DNA of 63,056 nucleotides, the filler included, from Octopus bimaculoides (lineage: Eukaryota), in NCBI RefSeq assembly GCF_001194135.2. It is 3 parts of 3 records of this genome, joined end to end, with 100 filler letters (N's around TTAATTAATTAA, not from the genome) between each part and the next. Parts side by side here need not be neighbours in the genome. Positions count along the whole stretch, not along the records: positions 16,849 to 31,135 come from NC_068996.1; positions 31,236 to 63,056 come from NC_068982.1; 1 more part is not named here. One strand, given 5' to 3'. Below the pieces are notes generated by a model. The model had not been told where the DNA came from, did no database searches, and saw only the letters and a list, made by a program, of their open reading frames with translations. Below are positions 26,918-38,488 of this stretch, one piece after another. Positions within the stretch are counted from its first letter, which is position 1. Each line of letters begins with the position of its first letter. The position numbers were made by a program, and so were the translations under genes.

Positions 26918-26968
<51 letters not shown>

Positions 26969-27206
26969 TGTATTTATGTATGCATGTATGTATATACATG
27001 TACACTAACGCACACATGCGCACAAACAATCAAACAAAAAGAACGCAGTGTGAATAATGGACAGAGTCAACAACTATTGAAAAGGTTGCAAGACGCAACG
27101 AAAATTTTAGAAAAATAAGTAAATGAGTGGAAACTTTACCGGTGTGTGAGTTAAATAATAAGACACTAAAAGAGAATGAGTCTCCCCAGATACTACAATA
27201 AAATAT

Positions 27207-27243
<37 letters not shown>

Positions 27244-28064
27244 AGAAGAGTACAAGTGTAGGTATGTAATATGGGCCTGTGTATACTAGGAATGTATCTC
27301 TTGTATAAATATGAGCATGTGTATAGTGAGATTAATAATGGATTATATATTAATACTTATATAGAAGTAAGTAAATGTATGGAAATGTAGAAAGGTGCAA
27401 TTATATAATTGCTAAAAGGCATTCATTATGACGAAGGTGATTATGTTAAACTAATGAATAATAATATTGAGGCGTAATGAAATTAATAGATTAGACCATA
27501 CAAACTTAGTAAAATGAATTGTAGAGAAGGAATCGATAGAAGCATAAGTAATTATATTACTGTATGCTGGAATGTTAGATAACTACGTCTAGCTTTGGTT
27601 TATGTTTAGGAATGTGATTATCAGTTCATTTAAATTTTAAAAATTATGGAAAGAAAGTACATCGTTGAGAAGAGATGCGTTGGGATGACTCTAGGTTATT
27701 AGAAGTAGGTAGTTTCAAGAAAATTGTCCATGAGAACGAACATGCAGGTTACTTAAACACGTAGTATAATTAATAGATAAGGACGTGTAAAATTAGTAGG
27801 ATTAAATGTGTTCACAGTGACTAAATAACTGTATGAGGATGTATATAAAAACTGCACAAGTCCAGGCATGAAATAAATTATAAGTAAAACGATTAGCTCA
27901 AAGTACATATAAATTCAAGTCTTGGACATAAAGTTTGAAATATTTGTAAGTTTTGAGAGCCCTTTGGAATGAATCATATAACACTTGTGGGGGAAATTTC
28001 AAAACCTGACTTAGTACAAAGATAAGTTTCTCTTGACTGTGTCAAGTTTAATGAGATGCGTGAC

Positions 28065-28215
28065 TGGGAAGTGTGCTTTGCAACAACGTGGTTTTCGGTT
28101 CGGTCCCACTGCGCAGCGCCTTGAGTAAATGCATTCTGCAATAACTCCGAGTTGTCCAATGCTATATTCTATATGAATGAATTTGGTAGACGGAAACTGC
28201 GTGGTAGACCATCAT
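28065..28215 (+). mobile_element. SINE family B head, diverged
   Basis: GGTTCGGTCCCACTGCGCAGCGCCTTGAGTAAATG..GAATTTGGTAGACGGAAACTG followed by the family's internal (TA)n. Confidence 0.7.
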
Positions 28216-28277
28216 ATATATACATATATATATATATACATACATGCGTGTGTATATGTATGTGCATATATATGTAC

Positions 28278-28319
<42 letters not shown>

Positions 28320-28924
28320 GTAATTTTTATAAGCTTAAAGCGATCATCGTGCAAATGACTAAGGAAAATAGTCTTATGACGGGGCATATAATCTCTAGAC
28401 AGAAAAAAGTAGGCTTTCCCGTACGTATGGGACTAGAACCCACAGCCTTTTGTTAACGTGACTAAATGTGTTACCGATTACACCAGCACAACAGCCTGCC
28501 CCTTTCTGTTAAATTTAAGAACTATATTAGTTCGTAGTTGTTTTTGTTAACAAACTTTATGTGTTTCAGTGCAAATGGTTTTGTTAAGCGGTGTCGAGTT
28601 TTACAATTCTGTAAATAGTAATATTGGTATTTTTTATATATGCTTAAAGCTTATAGCGATCACTATGCAATTGATTAATGGAAATAGTTTAGTAATGGGG
28701 CATATAAGCCCAGGACAGAAAAAAGCAGGCTTTAAGCTTATAAAAAAATACCATTATTAATATTTACAGAACTGTAAAACTTGACACCGCTTATTAGATT
28801 ATTTTACTTAGTCATTCGCATCGCTATAAGATTTAAGCTTATAAAAATACCGATATATATATATCAGGTTTTGTTAAGCGGTGTCTACTTTTACAATTCT
28901 ATAAATAATAAAAATAATGGTATG

Positions 28925-28925
<1 letters not shown>
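28320..28925. repeat. Complex of direct and inverted repeats around the tRNA-like unit
   Basis: 28320-28415 recurs at about 28635-28732. Block X (28577-28645) recurs inverted at 28733-28795 and direct at 28867-28925. 28800-28850 is an inverted copy of about 28321-28370. Confidence 0.8.
28403..28500 (-). pseudogene. tRNA-Asn(GTT)-derived Pol III-type unit (not a canonical tRNA)
   Basis: D-arm GTGT-AATCGGTA-ACAC, GTT-AA in an enlarged anticodon loop, variable region AGGCT, T-arm GTGGG-TTCTAGT-CCCAT. A-box TGGTGTAATCGG, B-box GGTTCTAGTCC, T6 terminator at 28408-28403. Acceptor and anticodon stems are disrupted. Confidence 0.6.
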
Positions 28926-28957
<32 letters not shown>

Positions 28958-29039
28958 TCACTGTATGTGGTGAATAAATTGCCGTCTAAATTAAGCAAAA
29001 ATTAATATAACACAGACATCTCATTTTAATAGATATATA

Positions 29040-29790
29040 TATATATACCAAAATTCCATTAAAATATTTTGATATACTAAAGAGTAAATTTATTCAAAAA
29101 ATGGTCATTGGCTTCAACCACATTCTCCAGACGACTTCGGAATTTTCTACAACTCTTCTGGATAGTCTCATTGTTTAAGTTGTTGAATGTTGCCATAATC
29201 CTTGCTTCCAGTTCATCTTTAATGTTAGAAAGAGTTTTGTTGGTCTCTCGCTAAACTACGCCCCACACATAATAATCAAGGGAGTTGCAGTCTGAGGAGT
29301 GAGGTGGCCATATATTTGGGGTGATGTGATCGCAGAAATTGTCTGACAGCCATGACTGGGCTGTCCTGCTTGTCCGGCATGGTGCAGTCATGTTGCTAGA
29401 CATAGGGCCTTCTAGCAACCAGCCTCTTCACCCAGGGCAGCACTACCTACTCCAAGCATTTGATGTAGACCACCGTGTTGAGTCTGAAGCCGTGTGGGAA
29501 GATGAATGTTGGCAAAACGTCACCATCACTAGTGATCACTCCAGACACCATGATGTTGGCTGGATGCTTGATTTTTATTATTCTGCACTGTCCTCAGAAT
29601 GTCACCCAAACACTGTAATATTCGTATTGGAGCTCCCGGTGCGAATGCCAAGTAGTACAGCATGTTGTTTCTAAATTTCTGGCAGAATGAATTGAGTCAT
29701 GGTGCTGTTGTTCTCACAAACGGTGTCCAACTGACCCAGCTATACTGTGTCGTCGACAAAATGAAAAACAAACAACGCGTGTATGTGAAA
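29040..29790 (-). mobile_element. Internally deleted DD37D (maT/Bmmar1-like) transposon
   Basis: N-terminus MTQFILPEI*KQHAVLLGIRTGSSNTNI is joined directly to KHPANIMVSGVITSDGDVLPTFIFPHGFRLNT..YIKCLE*VVLPWVKRLVARRPYV*Q..WLSDNFCDHITPNIWPPHSSDCNSLDYYVWG..KFRSRLENVVEAN. Confidence 0.85.
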
Positions 29791-29804
29791 TTCAAAATGG
29801 TTCT

Positions 29805-29927
29805 GGGTTCACTCTCACTGCATAGCACTTAAGGCAAGTGTCTTCTGCTATAGCCTCAGGCCGACAGAACCCTTGTGAGTGGATTTGCTAGATAGAATCT
29901 GAATGAAGCCTGTCGCGCGCGCGTGTG

Positions 29928-29961
<34 letters not shown>

Positions 29962-30115
29962 TATATCACTGCTCGACAACGGGGTTTGGTGTGTTTATGT
30001 CTACTCTAGCCTAGCAGTTCGGTAAAAGCGGCCAATAGAATAAGTACAAGGCTTTAACAATTAAGTCCTATGGTCGATTCCTTCGACTAAAATCCTTCAA
30101 GTTCGTGCTGCAGTG
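29805..30115 (+). mobile_element. SINE family B
   Basis: GGCAAGTGTCTTCTGCTATAGCCTCAGGCCGAC, internal (CG)(TG)(TA) microsatellite, then GCTCGACAAC..AGAATAAGTAC..GGTCGATTCCTTCGACTAAA. Confidence 0.8.
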
Positions 30116-30680
30116 AAATGAGTAAGTAAAGAAATGTTTATTTTTAATATACATTTTTACATGCTGTGCACTGGACTGAATCCAATTTTTGTTTCCTTAT
30201 TTCCATAGCTGGCTACACTCGTTATATGAAATTTTCTATATGAAGCTATGTCTATTTACAAATTAGGTTGAGCAATATATGTAGATGTTTCAAATACTTG
30301 TACGCTGTTTAGACTTTGAATGTATCTATGTCTTACGTTTGGACAGCGGAAAGAGTAGAGTGAAGATGAGCAAACTATCGATCAAATTAACCTAACTGTA
30401 TATCTTTTCAGTCTGGTTAGCTATTCTATCAGACTCTGCTTTGTCGAATCGCTAAGTTGCAGAGAAGTGAACATGCACATGTTCTGAAATTATTATGGAC
30501 ATCAGCACACACAGACACACACACAAACTGGCACACATACAAACACACACTCTCTCGTTTTCCCTCTCCTCTTTTTGTCCNNNNNNNNNNNNNNNNNNNN
30601 NNNNNNNNNNNNNNNNNNNNNNNNNNNNNNNNNNNNNNNNNNNNNNNNNNNNNNNNNNNNNNNNNNNNNNNNNNNNNNNN

Positions 30681-30712
<32 letters not shown>

Positions 30713-30812
30713 GCATGTATATATATATACGTGTGTATAAAGATGTATGTATATATACATATACATACATAGGTATCTATATGTTTATACATATATATAT
30801 TTATATATATAC

Positions 30813-30843
<31 letters not shown>

Positions 30844-31090
30844 TGTATGTATGTATATATGTATGTATGTATGTATGTATACAATCTTTTGCGCAAAAGG
30901 ATTTGTGGAATAAAAACAACAAATGCATCAAATATATGTCTTGTGTGAGCATGAGTGTGTGCTTGTGTGTGCTTGTGTGTGCTTGTGTGTGTGTGTGTGT
31001 ATCTGCGTGTGTGCATTGTGTGTGTGCGTGTTTGTATGTGTGTGTGTATGTATATATATGTATATATATATGTATACATATATATATGTG

Positions 31091-31135
<45 letters not shown>

Positions 31136-31235
31136 NNNNNNNNNNNNNNNNNNNNNNNNNNNNNNNNNNNNNNNNNNNNTTAATTAATTAANNNNNNNNN
31201 NNNNNNNNNNNNNNNNNNNNNNNNNNNNNNNNNNN
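31136..31235. other. Artificial scaffold join (44 N + TTAATTAATTAA + 44 N)
   Basis: Same 100-bp construct as 16749-16848. Confidence 0.9.
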
Positions 31236-31622
31236 GTATGTATATATGTACGTACGTACAAACGTAAATACGTGTGTATGTATTTACGTACGTACGTAAC
31301 TACGTATTATGTATGTACGCACGTATGTACGTAACTACGTATGTATGTATGTACATACGTACGTACGTAACTACGTATGTATCTACGTATGGATGTATGT
31401 ACCTACGTACGTAACTACGTATGTATGTACGTAACTATGTTTGTATGTATGTACGTACGAACGTAACTGCGTATGAATTTATGTACGTACGTACGTACGT
31501 AACTACATATGTATGTATGTACGTTCGTAACTACGTATGTATGTATGTACGTACGCACGTACGTAACTATGTATGTTTGTATGTACGTACGTACGTACGT
31601 ACGTACGTACGTACGTAACTAC
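31236..31622. repeat. (TACG)/(TATG) mosaic minisatellite punctuated by GTAACT
   Basis: About 10 GTAACT-marked units of variable length, ending in a perfect self-complementary (TACG)n run near 31583-31616. Confidence 0.9.
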
Positions 31623-31978
31623 TTATGTCAACCTTGATATTCTACTGAGTCAAATGTTGGAGGACCAAATGTGTATCTATGTTTATTACATGAGCAACTA
31701 AATGATTAGAAAAAGCATTGTACTAAGTAGAAACTTGATATCGGGTGAGCAAACAGTAGGAGAAATCTACAGAGGAAGTATTCCTGTCAAACAAGTTCTT
31801 CAGCTCTTTAGTTTCTCACACTAAGGAAGCCATGTTTATGGGTATTCTCTTGCTGTTTTTGAAATGCTACTTTTTGTGGATATAGAACTCCGAACTTTTG
31901 GTTGATCTTTTTCTAAACTGTTTGGACTGAGGGCTATATAGTTCTCACTTAATTTAAATCAAATTCCAAATGTTTTAG

Positions 31979-32003
31979 GACCTAAAAAATACAAAACACA
32001 GGA
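31979..32003 (+). CDS. Candidate exon A (xPKKYKTQx)
   Basis: ttccaaatgttttag| acceptor and GGA|GTAAGT donor; phase-compatible with candidate exons B-D. No homology recognised. Confidence 0.25.
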
Positions 32004-32914
32004 GTAAGTATATAGCATTTAAAAGCACATCACTAGCTAGTGGGACTTTGTAAATCATTACATGTTGGCATCTGAGGATATACTCCTCACAACAGAACTT
32101 CGTAGGATATAAGATATTGCTTAGACAATATTTGTCTTCAGGCATGGGCATAAAATATTGCTTAGAGCAAGAGCATTTTTGTCTTCGGACACCTTGTTTT
32201 GAGTTCAGTCCAACAATGTGCCATTTTGGACAAGTGTCTTCTGCTATCGTTCTTTGTTGAAGTTGCCTGATGAGATAAATTTGTTCTATGGGCCAACAAA
32301 ACTTTTAGCTGCATGCAGATGAGTCAGACTTTGACTAAATTATATTTGTAGCTACCACCAAATGTGGCGAGTGCTATTTTCTTTCATTTGTCTACACACA
32401 TATGCACACATGTGTGTGCATGCATGCATGCACATGCATGCACGCACATGCACACACGTGTGTATCTTTGTGCTTGCATTTATCCCCTTATAGACATGCA
32501 TGCACTACTTCACAACTGGTGTTGGTTTGTTTACATCCCTGTAATTTAGTGGGTTGACAAAAGTGACCAACAGAACAACTACCAATTTCTAAAATCTAAG
32601 TACTGGGTCCAATCTGTTTGATTAAACACTTCAAGAGAGTGCCCCAGCATGGTCACAGTCCAATGACCAATGGAAGTAAAGGATAAAGATGCAGCAGAAT
32701 TTAAACCCCTAAAGAAGTTCAATTTGTCTTCCTTAAGTGACAAATTGTCATCATTATACATTGATACATGAGGATTAGTGTCCTTAACTTGATTGTTATG
32801 GTTCAATCCTTGGGTCAGTTCAAAAATAATATACTCTTGTTCAAGTGAAGCAGGCAAGTGACATTATGCATAGGAAAGTTATGAGGAGAATATCCCTGTT
32901 ATGGACAATGGAAT

Positions 32915-33350
32915 AGGAACATTCTAACCCCAAGTATTTAATGATTCTTTGTACTGTACTTAAAAAGGCCTGAAATTTTGATGAGGAAGGAGATAATTGA
33001 TTATATCACCCCAGTGCTCAACTGGTATTCATTTCATCAACCCAGAAAGAATGAAAACCAAAGTCAATTTCAGAAGAATTTAAACTCAGAGCATAAAGCC
33101 AGAAGAAAAGGCAGCTAAATATTTTGTCCAGCAAGTGAATGTTTCCCTCAACTTAACTGATTTAACAATCTTTTCTCCTGAAATTTTGGTGGAAGTGGCT
33201 AGTTGATTATATCAATCTCAGTGCTTATTCTATCAATCTCCAAAAATATGAAAGGTAAAGTTGACCTTGTTGGAATTTGAACTCAGAATGTAAAGTCAGA
33301 AGAAATGCTACTAAACAATTTGTCTGGTATGCTAACAATTCTGCAAGCAG
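32915..33350 (-). mobile_element. Two CpG-decayed SINE family A copies
   Basis: AAAGTTGACCTTGTTGGAATTTGAACTCAGAATGTAAAG-type cores with TpG/CpA replacing CpG. Confidence 0.75.
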
Positions 33351-33695
33351 CTCGGTGTCCTTGATGGATTTAATAATGAAATAATGGAATCAGTTTGAAA
33401 TTTCAAGAATATGTGCAACACTTTAAGAAGGTCAGAAGCCAGATTGGCCAAAATATTGTGACTATAATAAGCAAGATAAGGACACAATTCCTAAAATATC
33501 AGTGTACATTGTGTGTGTGTGCATATGTGCATGTGTGTGTGCATACGTGCATGTGTGTGTGCATACGTGCATATGTGTGTGTGTACTCATATATATGCTA
33601 AAATAATTTTCAGCTGAAGGTGAATCTAATGATATGAAATATTCTAAATTGAGGTCTTCAAAACTTAATTATTACCTTTGATGTTTTTATAGTAG

Positions 33696-33716
33696 GTTTA
33701 TGACAGATACATTAAG
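33696..33716 (+). CDS. Candidate 21-nt microexon B with NAGNAG acceptor
   Basis: ttacctttgatgtttttatagtag| acceptor (tandem TAG-TAG) and perfect AAG|GTAAGT donor; reads xFMTDTLx or VYDRYIK. Confidence 0.35.
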
Positions 33717-34767
33717 GTAAGTTTGTATTTGAAGATTATACAAATGCATGTATACATACATATGTATGGGTGTATATATATGAATGAATGTATGTATGTA
33801 TATATCTATGTATGTACGTATGTATGTATGCATTCATGTATGTATGTACATATGTATGTGTGTGTATGTATGTATGCATGTATATTATGTATATATGTAT
33901 ATATTTGTATATATGTGTATTGTATATGCATATATTTATATGCATGTATATTATGTATGTATGTGTGTATGTAAAGAATGTATGTATTTATCAATATTTA
34001 TGTATGTATTTATCTGTATTTATATATGTATTTAACTGTATGTATGTATGTAAGTATGTATGTATGTATATATGTACGTATGTATGTACATACGTACGTA
34101 TGTATGTGTGTATATGTGTATGTATGTTTGTGTGTGTGAATGTATGAATGTATGTATGTAGTACGTACATATAAAATCTGAGAAACAGACTAACACTCTC
34201 TCTTGCCAAATTTTGTCTTAAGGTCTGAAATGTTTACTGCTGCCACTAAAAGATCCATCTAGCAATCTATTGCCTATTGATTACAGGGCAAAATTGGCTT
34301 TGATCTTTTGAATGCAGAACAACTGTGTACTGCAATTTCTTCTACAGGACCAAAATCATAATTCCATCTCATTTTGAATAGCAGTAATTATGGAAATTTA
34401 GACATATTTAAAGAAGAAATTGGTGCTATTCCTAAGTACTTAAACTGGTCAAGCACTTCAAAATAGACAGATAAACACCATTTCACTTACCTGCTTATCT
34501 CACAAACATTCTTATCTTTTTAACCAGTTTCATCTTTCCTTCCTTCATACACACACACACACACAAGTACACACACACATGCATGCGCACGCATGCACAC
34601 ACACACACACACACACATATGTGTATGTATAGCTTAGCTATAGAATTCAATAGAATCTAGGCCTGTCAACATGTAGGATACTAGAAATGGCTAGGTACAA
34701 TATGAATACATCAATAAAATTCTACAAAAATACCTGCCATAAATTTAAAACCCTATTTGTGTTCTCT

Positions 34768-34798
<31 letters not shown>

Positions 34799-35001
34799 TA
34801 ATGAGAATGAGTGCCCAACACTGCACTGATGGTTAAAGGTTTCTTATTTGCATAATAAGGCTACCATTCATTTCATATTAAGGAAATTCTTAACAATTAT
34901 TCAAGCCAATCACAAAGAAAAATTGGTGTTTGTCTTCAGTGTGACTGGCTCGAATAATTGTTGAGAATTTTTTTAACATAAAAACCAATGATAACCTTCA
35001 T

Positions 35002-35040
<39 letters not shown>

Positions 35041-36333
35041 TGCACGCATGCATGTACATATGCATGCACACACACACACACACACACATACATATATATG
35101 TAGGNNNNNNNNNNNNNNNNNNNNNNNNNNNNNNNNNNNNNNNNNNNNNNNNNNNNNNNNNNNNNNNNNNNNNNNNNNNNNNNNNNNNNNNNNNNNNNNN
35201 NNNNNNNNNNNNNNNNNNNNNNNNNNNNNNNNNNNNNNNNNNNNNNNNNNNNNNNNNNNNNNNNNNNNNNNNNNNNNNNNNNNNNNNNNNNNNNNNNNNN
35301 NNNNNNNNNNNNNNNNNNNNNNNNNNNNNNNNNNNNNNNNNNNNNNNNNNNNNNNNNNNNNNNNNNNNNNNNNNNNNNNNNNNNNNNNNNNNNNNNNNNN
35401 NNNNNNNNNNNNNNNNNNNNNNNNNNNNNNNNNNNNNNNNNNNNNNNNNNNNNNNNNNNNNNNNNNNNNNNNNNNNNNNNNNNNNNNNNNNNNNNNNNNN
35501 NNNNNNNNNNNNNNNNATTCTTTCTGTTGAAGAGCGTAGCTCGAAACATTAAAGACTTTCTGTATTCCCGAGCGTTAAACTAAAACATCCTGTCCTCGTC
35601 TGTTGTTGTTTTTTTCGTAAATTCTCCCATATATATATATTTACATATCTATATGTATATACATATTGTTAACAATTTATTTTGAATTGTTTCCAAATCA
35701 TAGGCATTTAATGCCATATAATTAAATGTAAAGCTATTCAGTTTGTTTGCATTAGTAATTTGTTATAAGTTGGAAGTTTTTGTCGTATCTGTATCATTTT
35801 ATATCATTTATTTTATTTCATTTCATTTCATTTTTATAATTTTTATGTTTTAATAAGGAATTTATTCAGTTAATTTATTTTCTATTATTAGACATACATT
35901 TAATAGATATTGATCTTTGCTAGTCTTTTCCTTTGTACATGGTTTGAGGGTGTCGGTGAAAATGTATACTGTTCTGCTAGTTCATTTTTGTTTTGATATT
36001 TGTGTGCTTTCATATGTATAACGTGTTATAGAATGCAATGAAATCTTTAGAAACACCAAAGTGAAATAGAGTTACTTACCTTGGTATTATAGCAAAGGTC
36101 AAATGCATGTGCTCAGTTTAACCTCACGCTAACTGGGCTTACTTTCAATTAAATCTCTATTATTAATTTCCTTTTAACAAGTGCTGCTACATACCTTAAT
36201 CATTGAGGTTGAATTGTGTGTGTGTGTGTGTGTGNNNNNNNNNNNNNNNNNNNNNNNNNNNNNNNNNNNNNNNNNNNNNNNNNNNNNNNNNNNNNNNNNN
36301 NNNNNNNNNNNNNNNNNNNNNNNNNNNNNNNNN

Positions 36334-36656
36334 NTGAGCTCCTTTCGAGTGTTGGGCCTCACGGAGGCAATGACCAAGACCTTTGGTATTAAGTTGTGCT
36401 TGAGAAGGAGAGCCATCAAATCGAACAAAATCACAGTTGTTGCAGATACCAGTGTCATGCAAAAGGCACCCATGTCAGTGGCACGTAAAAGCACCCATTA
36501 CACTCTCAGAGTGGTTGGTGTTAGGAAGGTCATCCAGCTGTAGATAACCATGCCAAATCAGACTGGAGCCTGGTGAAGCCTTCCATCGTGCCAGCCCAGT
36601 CAAACCATCCAACCCATGCCAGCATGGTCAATGGACATTAAATGATGATGATGATG
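36334..36656 (+). mobile_element. RTE-clade LINE 3' end / 3'UTR with (GAT)n tail
   Basis: End of ORF (..LGLTEAMT..) then GGCACGTAAAAGCACCC..GTTAGGAAGGTCATCCAGCTGTAG..CCAACCCATGCCAGCATGG..ACATTAAATGATGATGATGATG. Confidence 0.75.
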
Positions 36657-36667
36657 TATATCGCCAT

Positions 36668-36928
36668 GATAGATCGCTGACCAAACCATTCAATTTTTTT
36701 TCTCCGTGTTTTTCTCCTTGTTTTCTCCGTATTCTTTCTGTTGAAGAGCGTAGCTCGAAACATTAAAGACTTTCTGTATTCCCGAGCGTTAAACTAAAAC
36801 ATCCTGTCCTCGTCTGTTGTTGTTTTTTTCGTAAATTCTCCCATATATATATATTTACATATCTATATGTATATACATATTGTTAACAATTTATTTTGAA
36901 TTGTTTCCAAATCATAGGCATTTAATGC
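36668..36928 (+). mobile_element. Penelope-type terminal sequence with minimal hammerhead-like motif
   Basis: TCTTT-CTGTTGA-A-GAG-CGTAG-CTC-GAAA-CATT-AAAGA at 36733-36769. 36731-36928 is repeated identically at 35517-35714. Confidence 0.55.
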
Positions 36929-37613
36929 NNNNNNNNNNNNNNNNNNNNNNNNNNNNNNNNNNNNNNNNNNNNNNNNNNNNNNNNNNNNNNNNNNNNNNNN
37001 NNNNNNNNNNNNNNNNNNNNNNNNNNNNNNNNNNNNNNNNNNNNNNNNNNNNNNNNNNNNNNNNNNNNNNNNNNNNNNNNNNNNNNNNNNNNNNNNNNNN
37101 NNNNNNNNNNNNNNNNNNNNNNNNNNNNNNNNNNNNNNNNNNNNNNNNNNNNNNNNNNNNNNNNNNNNNNNNNNNNNNNNNNNNNNNNNNNNNNNNNNNN
37201 NNNNNNNNNNNNNNNNNNNNNNNNNNNNNNNNNNNNNNNNNNNNNNNNNNNNNNNNNNNNNNNNNNNNNNNNNNNNNNNNNNNNNNNNNNNNNNNNNNNN
37301 NNNNNNNNNNNNNNNNNNNNNNNNNNNNNNNNNNNNNNNNNNNNNNNNNNNNNNNNNNNNNNNNNNNNNNNNNNNNNNNNNNNNNNNNNNNNNNNNNNNN
37401 NNNNNNNNNNNNNNNNNNNNNNNNNNNNNNNNNNNNNNNNNNNNNNNNNNNNNNNNNNNNNNNNNNNNNNNNNNNNNNNNNNNNNNNNNNNNNNNNNNNN
37501 NNNNNNNNNNNNNNNNNNNNNNNNNNNNNNNNNNNNNNNNNNNNNNNNNNNNNNNNNNNNNNNNNNNNNNNNNNNNNNNNNNNNNNNNNNNNNNNNNNNN
37601 NNNNNNNNNNNNN

Positions 37614-37757
37614 NGAGGATCCTTTGAGATAGTAGATATTTCAGTACCAAGGTGACCTAATCAGCAAGTGAAGGATTTTCTAAAACTATAGTTGCTTGTA
37701 TAAAAACCAGCTGGAGAAAGTTCAAAGAACTATTCCCTCTGTTGGTAACTAAAGGCA

Positions 37758-37810
<53 letters not shown>

Positions 37811-38240
37811 ATGAAAAGCAAATTGTATAATACCTGTGTACGAAACATGGGCTTTGAATACAAAGGGTATATGAAAGCTAGAAAACAAAATGAAGCTAGC
37901 ATGCTCTGCTGGATGTACAATGTCAGAGTACAGGTACAACAAAATACAAATGTGTCAAAAGATAAGTTGAACATAAGAGGCATCAGATGTTCCAGGCAGG
38001 AGATTGTGCTGATAAAGGCATATACTGTATACAAATGAGAACAACTGCATAGAAGTGTGCCATGCACTATAAGTAAATGGAACTCAGAAATGGTAAATCC
38101 AGAATGATGTGGAGCAAAGTAGTGAGGATTGACCTCAAGATTTTGAACCTCATGGTGGAGATAACAAGGGATAAAGATGATTAGCAACTCACTAAGCTTG
38201 AGCAGATCAGTCCATCTCAGCAGAAACATGAAGTTCTAAA
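37614..38240 (+). mobile_element. RTE-clade LINE 3' fragment, decayed
   Basis: GSFEIVD..GDLIS..TIVACIKTSWRKFKELFPLLVTKGISL / KSKLYNTCVR / NEASMLCWMYNVRV..KDKLNIRGIRC matches the RTE RT C-terminal region. A (CT)(CA) microsatellite has grown at the TCTCTC codons. Confidence 0.8.
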
Positions 38241-38255
38241 AGCAATCATGTATGT

Positions 38256-38356
38256 CAGTGCTTCCCAACCTTTTTACTACCAAGGAGCCCCTTTATTTAA
38301 ATGAGTTCTCCTACAGACCCCTTTTAATATGCTTATCCTTATGTGTGTGTGTGTAT

Positions 38357-38401
<45 letters not shown>

Positions 38402-38488
38402 TATGAAATTTTGAATTTAGTTCACTAACACCCAGTACTACCTTTGTGGATCACCAGGAGTCCACAGACCACAGGTTGGGAACCACTG
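38256..38488. mobile_element. hAT-like MITE with perfect 8-bp TSD
   Basis: TIRs CAGTGCTTCCCAACCT / AGGTTGGGAACCACTG; TSD ATGTATGT at 38248-38255 and 38489-38496. Confidence 0.9.

Noticed and set aside
18258-27118. Long ORFs in the supplied track (up to 489 aa)
   Set aside because: They are open only because they run through N-gaps and TA/TG/TATG microsatellites; the same holds for similar ORFs elsewhere in the window.
28420-28493. Functional tRNA-Asn gene
   Set aside because: The acceptor stem is mostly unpaired, the anticodon arm has an indel and the T-loop is TTCTAGT; kept only as a derived unit.
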